This document shows positions 19,744 through 30,326 of a stretch of DNA of 64,000 nucleotides, piece after piece. Each line of letters opens with the position of its first letter. Positions within the stretch are counted from its first letter, which is position 1. Below the pieces are notes generated by a model that was not told the origin of the DNA, searched no databases, and worked only from the letters and a program-made list of their open reading frames with translations. A program made the position numbers and the translations under genes. The stretch is from Candidatus Thorarchaeota archaeon (GTDB lineage: Archaea; Asgardarchaeota; Thorarchaeia; Thorarchaeales; Thorarchaeaceae), in NCBI GenBank assembly GCA_004524445.1, contig SDNP01000003.1, positions 1-64,000 on the forward strand. The letters run 5' to 3'.

Positions 19744-20469
19744 TTGATGCCTTCTGATTATGTTTTTGAGAATTATCAGCCTGAGCGGCTGGATTTGCTG
19801 CTTGCGGGTATTGCAGCAATTGTAATGCCTATCGTTGCAGGACTTCTTTTTGACTTAGTAGGTGCGTTAGTTCCGATGGCAATCTACTACGGTCTTTTCG
19901 CCATTCTAGTCGTGAAGTGGCGTAGGGGAAGCTTAGACTATGAGATACAGAAGGACAACATCATAGAACAATTCAGGAGCCATATGACCTCCTTATTCCT
20001 CTTCCTGTTCATTCTTCAGACAGTTCTTGTGTTCAGCTCGTGGTTCACATTGATCAGAGTAGAAGACTCAACTCTCATTGGTTGGATCTTGACGCTGCTT
20101 ATTTGGGCACCAGTTAATGCATTTTCAGAGCAATTGATTTGGCTCTATACCTTTGACTCATTTGCAGAGTACTTTAAGGAAGGACGAAAACGGACTATAA
20201 TGGTGTTCATCGGTGGAGCACTTTACATTGCGCTAATCGGTCTAATCCATGCACTGTTCTGGGCAAAATTTCTCCTAGAGAGCAACTATGTGTTCATGTT
20301 TGCCGAGCTATTTTTCCTCATCCAGTTCATTATGCCTATAGGTTACATCTTCCTGTACAGAAGAGCGGGAAGCATGTGGCCCCTTGGCATAATTCACGTG
20401 TACCTGAATATAACAGGGGTGCTATTTAGCGGCTATTCTATTCTTCCGTACTTGTTGACACCAAGATAG
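19744..20469 (+). CDS. Membrane protein, CPBP/Abi-like intramembrane protease fold
   Basis: NAFSEQLIW, LIHALFW, RAGSMWPLGIIHVYLN. Confidence 0.6.
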   Translation: MMPSDYVFENYQPERLDLLLAGIAAIVMPIVAGLLFDLVGALVPMAIYYGLFAILVVKWRRGSLDYEIQKDNIIEQFRSHMTSLFLFLFILQTVLVFSSWFTLIRVEDSTLIGWILTLLIWAPVNAFSEQLIWLYTFDSFAEYFKEGRKRTIMVFIGGALYIALIGLIHALFWAKFLLESNYVFMFAELFFLIQFIMPIGYIFLYRRAGSMWPLGIIHVYLNITGVLFSGYSILPYLLTPR

Positions 20470-20571
20470 CCTCCAAATTTCGTTTCAGTGTGCAGGTCTA
20501 CTGAATGTCTCGAACAAGGGTACACCCAATCTTTCTTATGCCAATTTCAGCCACGAAATTGATGCAGGAAT

Positions 20572-21087
20572 GTGACAGGGTTGTTTGAAGAACTCGACCG
20601 AGAGGAATTGTTGAAGTTGGTAGAAATGTATGCGAAGGCATGGCAAGCAATGGATGGCGCATACTTTCTCAGCCTTGAAAGAGAATTTGATATGGAAACT
20701 GCAATTGAGATGGACAAAAGCGCCTGGCATATTTTTTCTCCCATTGAAGCGAAGCGAATCATGAGAGAATTCAATATACCCGAGGGAGGCGGATTAGACG
20801 CCCTCGCAGAAGCTCTGAAATACCGAGTGTATGCAGCACTCAATACCCAAGATATCAACCGAGTGAATAAAAACACCCTGATTTTTACCATGGAAACATG
20901 CAGAGTCCAAGTTGCACGTAATAGAAAAGGACTCCCAGATTTTCCATGCAAACAAGTAGGTGTCATAGAATACGAAGAGTTCGCAAAGTCAATTGATCCC
21001 AGAATAAGGACAGAGGTGGTCTATTGCCCACCAGATGACCACCCTGATGATGCATATTGCCAATGGAAATTCACAATGGAGAAGTGA
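20572..21087 (+). CDS. DUF6125-like (V4R-related) protein
   Basis: WQAMDGAYF, CRVQVARNRKGLPDFPCK, CPPDDHP...CQWKF. Confidence 0.8.
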   Translation: MTGLFEELDREELLKLVEMYAKAWQAMDGAYFLSLEREFDMETAIEMDKSAWHIFSPIEAKRIMREFNIPEGGGLDALAEALKYRVYAALNTQDINRVNKNTLIFTMETCRVQVARNRKGLPDFPCKQVGVIEYEEFAKSIDPRIRTEVVYCPPDDHPDDAYCQWKFTMEK

Positions 21088-21935
21088 TTTTACTGAGTAG
21101 GATCCGAATTGGCACAGCGGGCTATCCATCAGGTTCCAAAGGCCAGCTTGAGAAAGTATTCGATATCCTTACTGAAGCAGATCTTAGTGCGCTTGAGTAT
21201 GCAGCGGTTCATGGCTTACGAACGTCAAAGAAGAGGGCGAGCAAGATTGGAGAGTTGGCCAAGAAACATGATATCTCAATGAGCATCCATGGAGCATATT
21301 ACATCAGTCTTGCCTCAAAGAGTGATAAGACCAGGCGAAGTTCTAAGGACCGCTTGGTCAAAGCCCTAGAATTTGCACCACGAATGGCGGTTAGTAGAAT
21401 TGTATTTCATCCTGGTACGTATGGAGGTCTGCCGCCTCGTGAGGCGCATATAGTAATCAAAGAGGCATTACAGGAAGTATGGGATATTGCAGGAAATGGT
21501 AGTGAAACGTTGTTGGCCCCAGAAATTGCAGGAAAAATCAACTCCTATGGATCCGTTGATGAAATAGTTCAACTATGTTCTGAACTAGAAGGGACAGTTC
21601 CCACCATTGATTGGGCACATCTTCATGCGCGTCGTGTGGGAAATTTTGGCACTAAGCAGCAATATTTGGATGTATTGACCAGATTTGAAGATGAGTTGGG
21701 CGACCTATTCGTCAATAATATGCATTTTCATGTGAGTGGCATCAAATTCACTGACAAGGGTGAAGCGGCACATAGACCCCTTGGTGATAAATGGGGCCCA
21801 GACATACTTCCCCTTATGGAAATTGTAGATGAAGTTGGGTATAGCCCCGTCATTATATCAGAGAGCCCAGATCCCTTGCATGGCGCACTATATGCAAAAT
21901 TCCTACTTGAGGAGTTGCAGGGGGCAAAATCATGA
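21084..21935 (+). CDS. nfo: Endonuclease IV (AP endonuclease family 2)
   Basis: SIHGAYYISL, VFHPG, PEIAGK, TIDWAHLHAR, HFHVSGI, ISESP; GTG start overlaps the previous stop. Confidence 0.9.
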   Translation: MILLSRIRIGTAGYPSGSKGQLEKVFDILTEADLSALEYAAVHGLRTSKKRASKIGELAKKHDISMSIHGAYYISLASKSDKTRRSSKDRLVKALEFAPRMAVSRIVFHPGTYGGLPPREAHIVIKEALQEVWDIAGNGSETLLAPEIAGKINSYGSVDEIVQLCSELEGTVPTIDWAHLHARRVGNFGTKQQYLDVLTRFEDELGDLFVNNMHFHVSGIKFTDKGEAAHRPLGDKWGPDILPLMEIVDEVGYSPVIISESPDPLHGALYAKFLLEELQGAKS

Positions 21936-23275
21936 CCAGACTTGTATTCGTTCTCGGAAAGAATTGGATTCTATCCATCGCCGAAGTGGTGACGCTCCTG
22001 CAGGATAAAGGCTACGATCCTAAGGTCATTGATAACACCAGGAACGGCATGATAGTTGAGATTGAGGGAGATGTTACAGATGAACAGATTGTACATCTCC
22101 AGAGTCAATTGGGAGGATGCTATAAAACAGGTCGACTCATCCGAACCTACACCATCGACTTGATACGTGATGCATTTCCTGACAGAAGCAAGGGGGATAG
22201 ATCCGCTCGGAAATTGCTAGCCGAAGTGGAATGGACTCATAAGATTTGGCCTAGACCAAATAAGAAGAGTATCAGTTTTGGCGTTTCGACTTATCCACCA
22301 TTTGAAAGAGGTTTTAGGGTACATCTCCAACGTTTGACCCGCTCACTTGACCAGTACATCAAGAAAGACCTGCTAGACCGGGGAGCCAAGAGTGTTGACT
22401 ATATTATCTATGAAAAGCCCGACAGAAGAGATAGCGCTAGCAAGAACACAGCATTGTGGCCAAAGGCAATAGCAAAGCATAATCTGCTAGTTCCACCAAA
22501 CGCCGAAATCATCGCCATTATTGCTGAGAGAGATTTGTATCTGGCCAAATCCATTGCAGTATATGACTCAATGTTGCAGCGATATCGAGATGAAGCAAGA
22601 CCCTACATATCAAATGAAATTAGTACAAGTCCAAAGCTATGTCGAACCTTACTGACTCTATCAGGCGCACGTGAAGGCGATACGGTACTAGACCCCTTCT
22701 GTGGAAGTGGAACGCTCCTGATGGAAGCAGCTCTTCTGGGTATGAAGTGCATTGGCCTTGATGTTGATGGTGATGCAGTAGAAGGAACTAGGTCCAATCT
22801 CAAATGGTTAGCACGAGACCTCGATATGCCTCTCGATTTTCGTGTTTATCATGGAAACGCCAGGAATCTCACCAAGACCGTAAGTACTACAGTAGACGCG
22901 GCTGCTTTCGAACCAGATCTCGGACCTATATACACTAAGCGTCCGGAAAAAGCTAAGGCGATTGAAACGATACGAGACTTGACTGAGTTGTATTGCGATG
23001 CGATTCAAGAGATTTCCAAAATATTGAATCCGAGAGGCAGAATTGCCATGACATTGCCAAATATACAGACAAGAAGTGGTGAAGTGATGGTACGGGTTGA
23101 TGAATTACTTGAAGGCACAAATCTAGTGGTGTACAAAATGCTGCCTAGTAGTGTGTTTCATGACTCTATGGTAAGTAATAAGAAACTCAAAATCATCCCG
23201 GACAGAACTGCTCTAATTGAACGGAAAAGAGGGCAAATAGTTCAACGGTCAGTCATCATGCTTGGCAGACCCTAG
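21932..23275 (+). CDS. Trm11-like tRNA (m2G10) methyltransferase
   Basis: RDEARPY...STSPKLCRTL, VLDPFCGSGT, EPDLGP. Confidence 0.75.
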   Translation: MTRLVFVLGKNWILSIAEVVTLLQDKGYDPKVIDNTRNGMIVEIEGDVTDEQIVHLQSQLGGCYKTGRLIRTYTIDLIRDAFPDRSKGDRSARKLLAEVEWTHKIWPRPNKKSISFGVSTYPPFERGFRVHLQRLTRSLDQYIKKDLLDRGAKSVDYIIYEKPDRRDSASKNTALWPKAIAKHNLLVPPNAEIIAIIAERDLYLAKSIAVYDSMLQRYRDEARPYISNEISTSPKLCRTLLTLSGAREGDTVLDPFCGSGTLLMEAALLGMKCIGLDVDGDAVEGTRSNLKWLARDLDMPLDFRVYHGNARNLTKTVSTTVDAAAFEPDLGPIYTKRPEKAKAIETIRDLTELYCDAIQEISKILNPRGRIAMTLPNIQTRSGEVMVRVDELLEGTNLVVYKMLPSSVFHDSMVSNKKLKIIPDRTALIERKRGQIVQRSVIMLGRP

Positions 23276-24105
23276 AATAGATACCGGACCACATCATCAA
23301 GAATCGCATATGTTTGCAGGCGGGATATGTCGCGCTTCACATATGGCATCGCTTCTTCAAAAATCATTTCTTTGAAAGCATCAGGAGGGCTGATTTCCTT
23401 CGTTGCAACTGCAACCACCTTCAGCAATTCCTCGAGAGCGTTTCTCAGTTGGCGATAGCTGGTATTGTATACATCAATACAGAGGACATCAATTCCATTC
23501 TCATCAATTGGAACCTTAGCCAAGCAGGAAAACTTCTCAACGACGTATTTTGCTCTCTTGAGGATAGTTTCTGTGAGCCGAGTTCTTGTCTTTTTGTTGA
23601 TATCAACGCTTAGAATGGATTTTATCAAGTGGCTATAGACCTCCAAGCAGTCCATGGCTTTTCCAGCAATGAGAGCCTCGTCAGTGAATTCGTATTGATT
23701 TATGAGCTCATCAACAAAGTTACCAAAGCGTTTGAAAGTCTTTGAAGTCCCAGTCCAGGTTTTCAGTAGACTATCCAAGTCCTGGTCCTTGGGTATCTCG
23801 TTTTTCATAAACTCCTTGAGAGCATATTCTACCAAGAAACGCATGTGACTCAAACGAGCACCCTTGGAAACGACCATGACGAAGAGGAGGTCGTCAGTTG
23901 CCTCCCATACATAACGATTATTCTCCGTGTCAATCGTCTTCAAGTTTTCGTGCGAGGCCTTGTCAATGAAGGTATGAGTAGCAGATAGAAAAGGAGCAAT
24001 CAAGTCCATATCAATTTCAATTCCACTATATGCCTTTGAGATGAGATTTCGTCCGGTGTTTCGTTCAATCAACCAGACTCCTTGGATGTCTCTGCTCTCG
24101 GACAT
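23272..24105 (-). CDS. Longin-domain protein with helical C-terminal domain
   Basis: GVWLIERNTGRNLISKAY...DLIAPFLSA...YVWEATDDLLFVMV...ALKEF...FGNFVDEL fits the longin fold. Confidence 0.7.
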   Translation of the reverse strand: MSESRDIQGVWLIERNTGRNLISKAYSGIEIDMDLIAPFLSATHTFIDKASHENLKTIDTENNRYVWEATDDLLFVMVVSKGARLSHMRFLVEYALKEFMKNEIPKDQDLDSLLKTWTGTSKTFKRFGNFVDELINQYEFTDEALIAGKAMDCLEVYSHLIKSILSVDINKKTRTRLTETILKRAKYVVEKFSCLAKVPIDENGIDVLCIDVYNTSYRQLRNALEELLKVVAVATKEISPPDAFKEMIFEEAMPYVKRDISRLQTYAILDDVVRYLF

Positions 24106-24219
24106 ATTGTATCAAGCCGTGCATATCCGCGGAAAATGGTTACATAAGATTATGTAGCATTTCCATGACAAAAAAGCCTGAGAGTAATATCTGGGAACTA
24201 TGCATGTAATACGGGCTTC

Positions 24220-25182
24220 TTATGTGGTTGAGATTCCGAGCTTCTCAACCATCTCTTTGTATCTATTGCGAACAGTCACTTCCGTCACCCTCGCAGTACG
24301 AGCAATCTCCAACTGTGTACGACGTGAACCAACGAGAATGCTTGCAACGTAAATCGCAGCGGCAGCCATGCCCTTTGGATCCTTGCCGATGGTGAGACGC
24401 TCCTCCTTAGCCTGCTGAAGAATGTCAATGGCCTTTTTCTTGGCAGATCCTGGAATTCCTAACTCGGTACCAAATCGATGAATAAAATCAATGGGGTTTG
24501 CTAGGGGCACCTTCAATTCCAAATATCGGATCACCAACCGAACACACAGGCTCAGTTCCTTTCGAGTGATATGAATCATATCTGTGATTTCTTCCAAGGG
24601 ACGAGGTACCTGGTGAACTCGACAGGCAAGGTACAAAGATGCAGCAATCATACCAAGAATAGTACGACCTCTAGTCAGACGCTTTCGGAGTGCCTTCCTA
24701 TAAATAACAGCAGAGGTTTCTCGTATCGAGTAGGGAATACTCAACTGAGAGCTTATCCTATGGAGCTCAGTCATGGCAACTGCAAGATTACGCTTGTTAG
24801 AGGAATGTACCTTGGACCGAATCTGCCATTTCCGGAGTCGGTGAATCTGCGCTCTTCTTGTTGATGAAAGTCTTCTACCAGAAGCATCCACATTCTGCCT
24901 GCTTATGACCGTAGAGAGGCCTTGGTCAAATTTACTCCAATCAACCGGACCTCCAACGCGTTGTCGAGAGTTCCTCTCATCAGCAGTGAAAGCACGCCAT
25001 TCAGGACCGGTATCAATTTGGTGGTCGGAGATCACAAGTCCGCATTCTGCGCAGGTGATTTCACCACGAGATTCATCAACATACATCTTGGTAGAGCTGC
25101 AAGATGGACAAATATAATCAGACGAGTTGGGGTGCTCCCTTTCATTCCGAGTCTTTGCTTCTTTGCTGGCCAGTCCAATCAT
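24220..25182 (-). CDS. tfb: Transcription initiation factor IIB
   Basis: CPSC...CAECG zinc ribbon, IDTGPEWRAF, two cyclin repeats, VTEVTVRNRYKE. Confidence 0.97.
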   Translation of the reverse strand: MIGLASKEAKTRNEREHPNSSDYICPSCSSTKMYVDESRGEITCAECGLVISDHQIDTGPEWRAFTADERNSRQRVGGPVDWSKFDQGLSTVISRQNVDASGRRLSSTRRAQIHRLRKWQIRSKVHSSNKRNLAVAMTELHRISSQLSIPYSIRETSAVIYRKALRKRLTRGRTILGMIAASLYLACRVHQVPRPLEEITDMIHITRKELSLCVRLVIRYLELKVPLANPIDFIHRFGTELGIPGSAKKKAIDILQQAKEERLTIGKDPKGMAAAAIYVASILVGSRRTQLEIARTARVTEVTVRNRYKEMVEKLGISTT

Positions 25183-25532
25183 CTCCCTGCGCTTCTACTG
25201 GGAGAGAGTAGTAGCGCCGTTAGAGTGTAGTACCAATGCAGTGTTTCTCATGGCGTCTGAGAGAACACATCGTAGGTTGGGACGCGTAGTGGGAACTGTC
25301 CTCTGCATAGAGGACCTTGGCTTAAGCCGCCCATATGCAAATAAGGCTTTTCTAAATTCGGTAAACATTCTGTTGAATAATATAACAATGGATGAGTTAG
25401 TTTTTCATTAATTCGTTTAAAATTGTTTTACTGTATTTTTTGTGAGTGCAACCGCAATCGTGCGTTTTGGAAAGACGTAGCGTTCTATTTATGAAGGAGA
25501 ATTTACTTCAAGTAGGCATTGGGCGATTGACT

Positions 25533-27446
25533 ATGGGTAGTAAACTTCATTCAAAGAATCCGTGGCGGGAGATGGTTCAATCTATCGTAGGAGAAATCGC
25601 AGCTGCTGCTAAAATCCCCAGAGAAGAGATTTCGGAGTGTCTTGAAATTCCACCTGATTCAAAAATGGGCGACTTGGCTTGCACCATCGCATTCCAGCTT
25701 GCTAAGATTGAGGGGAAAAATCCCGTTCATATCGCGAATGAAATCGCAGAGGAATTACGGAAAGACAAATCGGAGAGTAGCTATATCTCAAGAATCGAGG
25801 TAAAAGGCCCGTACATTAACATCTTTCTAAATAAGGGAATCTTCACAGAGATGGTGCTATCATCAGTTGTAGGGTTAGAGGGAAAGTATGGTAAAACCCA
25901 GGAATTCAGCAATAGGCGAGTTATGATCGAGTTTCCCGCGGTCAACCCATCGAAGCCCTGGCATATTGGACATGCAAGAAATGCCGTACTAGGAGACACA
26001 TTGGGAAACCTTCTCACCGCGACTGGGCATGATGTCACTCGAATTGACTACATAAACGACCTTGGTCTTCAAATTGCACAGCTAACGTGGAAACTTCTTC
26101 AACCCACCCAAACAGATGCAGAGGAAAAATACGATTGGTACTTGGGAAGACAATATGTGGATGTTCAGGAGGCTTTCCAAGAAGATCCCGAGGTGGAAAA
26201 GGAGGTTCGTGAGATAGCTCGACAATTAGAGGATTTGAGCTCTAGGGCATCACGAGTTAGTACCGAAATGGTGACCAAATGCGTCAAGGCACAAAATCAG
26301 ACAGCCTACACCCTAGGAATATATCATGACTACCAAGTCTGGGAGAGCACGCTCTCCCATAGTGGACTTCTAAGCCAAGCCAAGGAGATGGTGCTTGAAG
26401 CAGAGAGTATCTTTGTGATGGAATCAGGAGAGAAAGAGGGCTGCGTTGTAGCACGATTGGACAGCCTTGATGAATTCAAAGAGATGAAAGACCCATTAAA
26501 GGTACTATTTCGGTCGGATGGTACTCGAACCTATACCGGAGCTGATGTTGCACTCCAAATGTGGAAGTTCGGAATTTTATCCGATCCATTTCGTTATTCA
26601 GTATTTGAGATGCAACCTAACGGCAAACGAGTCTACAGAACAGCCTTAGACGGAGAAAAGAGAGATTTGGGCACCTTTGACTCCGTGTTTAATGTCATAG
26701 GTGCAGCACAAGCACATCCCCAACGCCTTATCTACGCCATTCTTGAGCTCCTCGGCTATGAGGAAGAAAGCACAAATTCGCATCATGTGGCCTATGAGTT
26801 TGTGGGCCTTGAAGATGAGGACTTTTCAGGCAGGAAAGGAACATGGATTGGGTATTCGGCTGATGAGGTGATAGAAAAAGCAAAGACTCTCGCTAAGAAA
26901 GAGGTAGCTAAGAGAAATCCGGAAGAGGACGAGGAATTCTTCGAAAATGTTGCCTCTAGAATAGCGGCAGGAGCAGTCAGATATTTTCTACTCAATGCTT
27001 CACCGGATAGGAAAATCACGTTTCGATGGTCTGAAGCTCTGGATTTCAATGGTGATGCTGCGCCGTACCTGCAATATTCACTAGCTAGAGCCCAAAGAAT
27101 TCTCGAGAAGCAGGATACGGGTGCGAATCAACAGAGAGCATCATCAGTATTATCTGAGGACGCAGAATTTGAATTGGTCAAATCAATCAGCCGTTTGGCA
27201 GACGAAATTATAGAGGTGGTTGACGGGTTGAAGAAGCATACGTGGGGGACCAGTTTCCAGACTAGTCGAATTACTGCTTACTGCTATCAGTTGGCAACGC
27301 AGTTCAGCAAGTTCTATGATACCTGTCCGGTTCTGCAGGCGGATGAAGAAGTGAAACAAGCGCGATTGTATCTAGTCAAGGCATTCAAAATCGCCATGAC
27401 CAACTGTCTTCGTTTGCTTGGAATACCAATCATTGAACGAATGTAG
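25533..27446 (+). CDS. argS: Arginine--tRNA ligase
   Basis: NPSKPWHIGHARN, FSGRKG, APYLQYSLARA, C-terminal ERM; start at MGSKL. Confidence 0.97.
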   Translation: MGSKLHSKNPWREMVQSIVGEIAAAAKIPREEISECLEIPPDSKMGDLACTIAFQLAKIEGKNPVHIANEIAEELRKDKSESSYISRIEVKGPYINIFLNKGIFTEMVLSSVVGLEGKYGKTQEFSNRRVMIEFPAVNPSKPWHIGHARNAVLGDTLGNLLTATGHDVTRIDYINDLGLQIAQLTWKLLQPTQTDAEEKYDWYLGRQYVDVQEAFQEDPEVEKEVREIARQLEDLSSRASRVSTEMVTKCVKAQNQTAYTLGIYHDYQVWESTLSHSGLLSQAKEMVLEAESIFVMESGEKEGCVVARLDSLDEFKEMKDPLKVLFRSDGTRTYTGADVALQMWKFGILSDPFRYSVFEMQPNGKRVYRTALDGEKRDLGTFDSVFNVIGAAQAHPQRLIYAILELLGYEEESTNSHHVAYEFVGLEDEDFSGRKGTWIGYSADEVIEKAKTLAKKEVAKRNPEEDEEFFENVASRIAAGAVRYFLLNASPDRKITFRWSEALDFNGDAAPYLQYSLARAQRILEKQDTGANQQRASSVLSEDAEFELVKSISRLADEIIEVVDGLKKHTWGTSFQTSRITAYCYQLATQFSKFYDTCPVLQADEEVKQARLYLVKAFKIAMTNCLRLLGIPIIERM

Positions 27447-27447
27447 T

Positions 27448-28794
27448 CTATCCCGACGTAATCCTTGCCGTTTCTAGGACGACGCTTGGACTCTTGATTG
27501 AAAATGTAGTGCGAGTATCAGCTCCAACAAGAGATATTCGCTTCAACAAGTCCCGCATGTTTATTCCAATAAGGGTATTCTTCAGAGGGTGTTGAATTTC
27601 GCCGTTCTCAATATATGACCCCTCCATAATCATTGCACTCAGCTCCCCCGTGGTCATATTGGGGCGATCTGCGGTATTGCGACAAAGAACGCCTTGATCA
27701 ATCTCTGAAATCAGATCGTCAACTGTTCCGTGTCCAGGTGCTACAATGAAGTTGGATGTCGATATGCCTGGGAGTCCAGCATATGACGGACGGGTAGCAT
27801 TTGCTGTGTTATCCACTCGGTCCTTGTTTGCAGTATAGGAATTGTGAAGGTAGTTCTTGAGAACTCCCGCTTCCATGATAGATGTCCTCTGAGACCGAAC
27901 TCCTTCTGCATCAAATGGCCTCGAACCGATTCCGCCTTCCAGAGTACCATTATCGGTGATTGTTAATTCAGAAGAACCAATCATTGAACCAATATCATCA
28001 GAAACATATGACCGACCATATTGGATTTCCTCTGCGTCAAGTGCGCCTGCAAATCCCAGACCAATTATAGAACTGACCGCAAGAGGCGTTAGAATGACGG
28101 GTAGCATACCCCCCTCAATTGTTTTTGGTCCCAGATTAGCTAAGGCAGACTTCGCAGATTCCTCTCCAACCCAATGGGGGTCAATGTCATTCATCTTTCT
28201 CGTTACTTGGAATTCATATCCTGATGTCTGCTGCCCAGATTCCTTTATTGTGGGATATGTATACAAGTACGCAATCGTGCTCTTGGTACTACTCTCAATG
28301 CCTAGCGAATTCACAATAGCTCTTTCATTGATCCGAATTGTTATTTTCCCCTCTATGGCGGGATTTCTTCCATCAAGAACGTTAAGTGCCGAGTCAACTG
28401 CTGCAATCATCAACTCTGCTGCCTCGTCAGCATTCACTTTACTCATAGTCGAATCAAATAGTCCGGAGATAGTAGGATAAGAACTCTGCTCGTAGGGAAG
28501 TGTAACAAAATCAGGGTCCGGAATCGAGTTTTTTGCAAGCTCAGCAGACTTTCTGCCTGCAGTAGCTACTTCCTTGGGGTTAAGATTGGTTACATAAGCA
28601 AATCCAATTTTCTTGTCTACTATTGACCGAATGCCACAACCCTGATCTAAGCTATCCTCTGCTCCTTTTACTGCGGAATTCTCTACCTCGATTTGAAAGG
28701 ACTTGGTAGAGGATACATATGCTTCCGACTGTTGAGCTCCTTCCTTCTCGGCAACGCGAAGGGCTTTATTTGCCACATCGTAGAGGGTACTCAT
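27448..28794 (-). CDS. pmbA: TldE/PmbA-family protein
   Basis: GSRPFDAEG, YLHNSYTA; no HExxxH motif; paired with tldD. Confidence 0.92.
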   Translation of the reverse strand: MSTLYDVANKALRVAEKEGAQQSEAYVSSTKSFQIEVENSAVKGAEDSLDQGCGIRSIVDKKIGFAYVTNLNPKEVATAGRKSAELAKNSIPDPDFVTLPYEQSSYPTISGLFDSTMSKVNADEAAELMIAAVDSALNVLDGRNPAIEGKITIRINERAIVNSLGIESSTKSTIAYLYTYPTIKESGQQTSGYEFQVTRKMNDIDPHWVGEESAKSALANLGPKTIEGGMLPVILTPLAVSSIIGLGFAGALDAEEIQYGRSYVSDDIGSMIGSSELTITDNGTLEGGIGSRPFDAEGVRSQRTSIMEAGVLKNYLHNSYTANKDRVDNTANATRPSYAGLPGISTSNFIVAPGHGTVDDLISEIDQGVLCRNTADRPNMTTGELSAMIMEGSYIENGEIQHPLKNTLIGINMRDLLKRISLVGADTRTTFSIKSPSVVLETARITSG

Positions 28795-30219
28795 CTACAT
28801 CCCTCCAACGGGGACATTACGAATTCGTGCATGTGGGCCTCCACTCATATCGGGAACCACTTGACCACCTTTTCCACAGTTTCCTGCGTCCAGTTCAAAA
28901 TCAGATGCGATTCCGTCTACCTTTGCCAGAATATCTAGGATGTGACCTGCAATAGATACATCTCTCACCATCTGGCCGACATCACCATTTTCAATCAAAT
29001 ACCCATGGCTTGCCTGGAACATGAATTGACCCTTTGCCGGTTCAGTATAACCATAATTGAATCTACAGAGCAAAATACCGGATTCTGTGTCAGCTATAAG
29101 TTCATCTACGCTCCAATCACCGGGTTCCATGTAGGTATTACTCATTCTAGGAATTGGAGGGTGCATGAACGATTGTGCTCGAGCAGCACCATTGGCGCTC
29201 ATATCAAGCCTGGAGCTGGTTTCCAAATCATGCAGCAATTCTGTGAGAACTCCGTCTTTGACTAAGGTCCGTTTTTTGGCTGGAGTTCCTTCCCAATCAA
29301 AATCGAAGCTTCCTCGCTTCCCAGACAATGTCGGATTATCAGTGATATTCAATTGTTCAGGACCTACTGCCTTTCCAACTTTGTCTTCAAGAACAGTGGT
29401 ATGTGCGGGCCAATTGTCAGCCTCACAAGCATGGCCAAATGCCTCGTGAACCATCACACCATTGAGAACTGGATCCATGACGACATCGGAAACCCCACCA
29501 GGTGCCGCCTCTGAAGAAAGCAAATTAATGACAAGCTCTGCAGTTGACAATCCTATTGACTGCGCCGCTTCGGATTCAGTGAACTCAAATCCGCTTCTGA
29601 CACCTATAGAGTTGTAAGCCCGTCTCCGATTTTTCCCATCCTTGGCAGTCAATGAAGAAATGATTCTTGGCAGTGAGTTTTCGGTGTATATGGAAGTCCC
29701 AAGTGAATTTGCAACATAGAGCTCAGTTTCGAGGTCACCATATATAGTGCGGGTGTTAACAATCCGTTCATCATATGACTGTGCTTGGTCATCAATATCC
29801 TTAGCAAAATTGATTTTGTCTTCAAAGTGGATGTCTGAAAATGGAAGCTTGACTGAAAGCGGAGCTCTAGCCCGATTTGAGGTGCCATCTATTTCGAAAT
29901 GGGCAGAAACCTTCTCTCGCGTAGCTAGTGCTAATTTCGCAACTGATGTCCCGGCCTTCTTCATGCCTCTCCTAGTCAGGTCTGTGGTTTGACTGAATCC
30001 CCAAGAGCCATCAACAAAAGCTCGTATTCCCGCACCCTTTAGATGAGCAGCAATAGACCGTTTTGTGACGCCATCATTGATTTCAATGATTGTGGTTTGA
30101 GTATCTTCCAAACGAATATCAACAAAGTCGATGCCCTCGTTTAGAGCAGCAGCAATTGCCGCGTTGGCCAAGTCCTCCATTTTGGTATCGTCCTGCTCTT
30201 CGTTTGCAGGACCTGACAT
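28795..30219 (-). CDS. tldD: TldD metalloprotease
   Basis: HEAFGHACEAD, FDWEG, PRMSNTY, CGKGGQ; start 30219 (or 30180), not 30573. Confidence 0.93.
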   Translation of the reverse strand: MSGPANEEQDDTKMEDLANAAIAAALNEGIDFVDIRLEDTQTTIIEINDGVTKRSIAAHLKGAGIRAFVDGSWGFSQTTDLTRRGMKKAGTSVAKLALATREKVSAHFEIDGTSNRARAPLSVKLPFSDIHFEDKINFAKDIDDQAQSYDERIVNTRTIYGDLETELYVANSLGTSIYTENSLPRIISSLTAKDGKNRRRAYNSIGVRSGFEFTESEAAQSIGLSTAELVINLLSSEAAPGGVSDVVMDPVLNGVMVHEAFGHACEADNWPAHTTVLEDKVGKAVGPEQLNITDNPTLSGKRGSFDFDWEGTPAKKRTLVKDGVLTELLHDLETSSRLDMSANGAARAQSFMHPPIPRMSNTYMEPGDWSVDELIADTESGILLCRFNYGYTEPAKGQFMFQASHGYLIENGDVGQMVRDVSIAGHILDILAKVDGIASDFELDAGNCGKGGQVVPDMSGGPHARIRNVPVGGM

Positions 30220-30326
30220 TATAACTAATTCGCACTGTGCAGTTGGTAGTGCTAGTATTAGCAGAATAATACACACGTTATTCTTAGAGTATTTTCCTAG
30301 TAACGTGATAAGTCGGAGGCCCGTAT

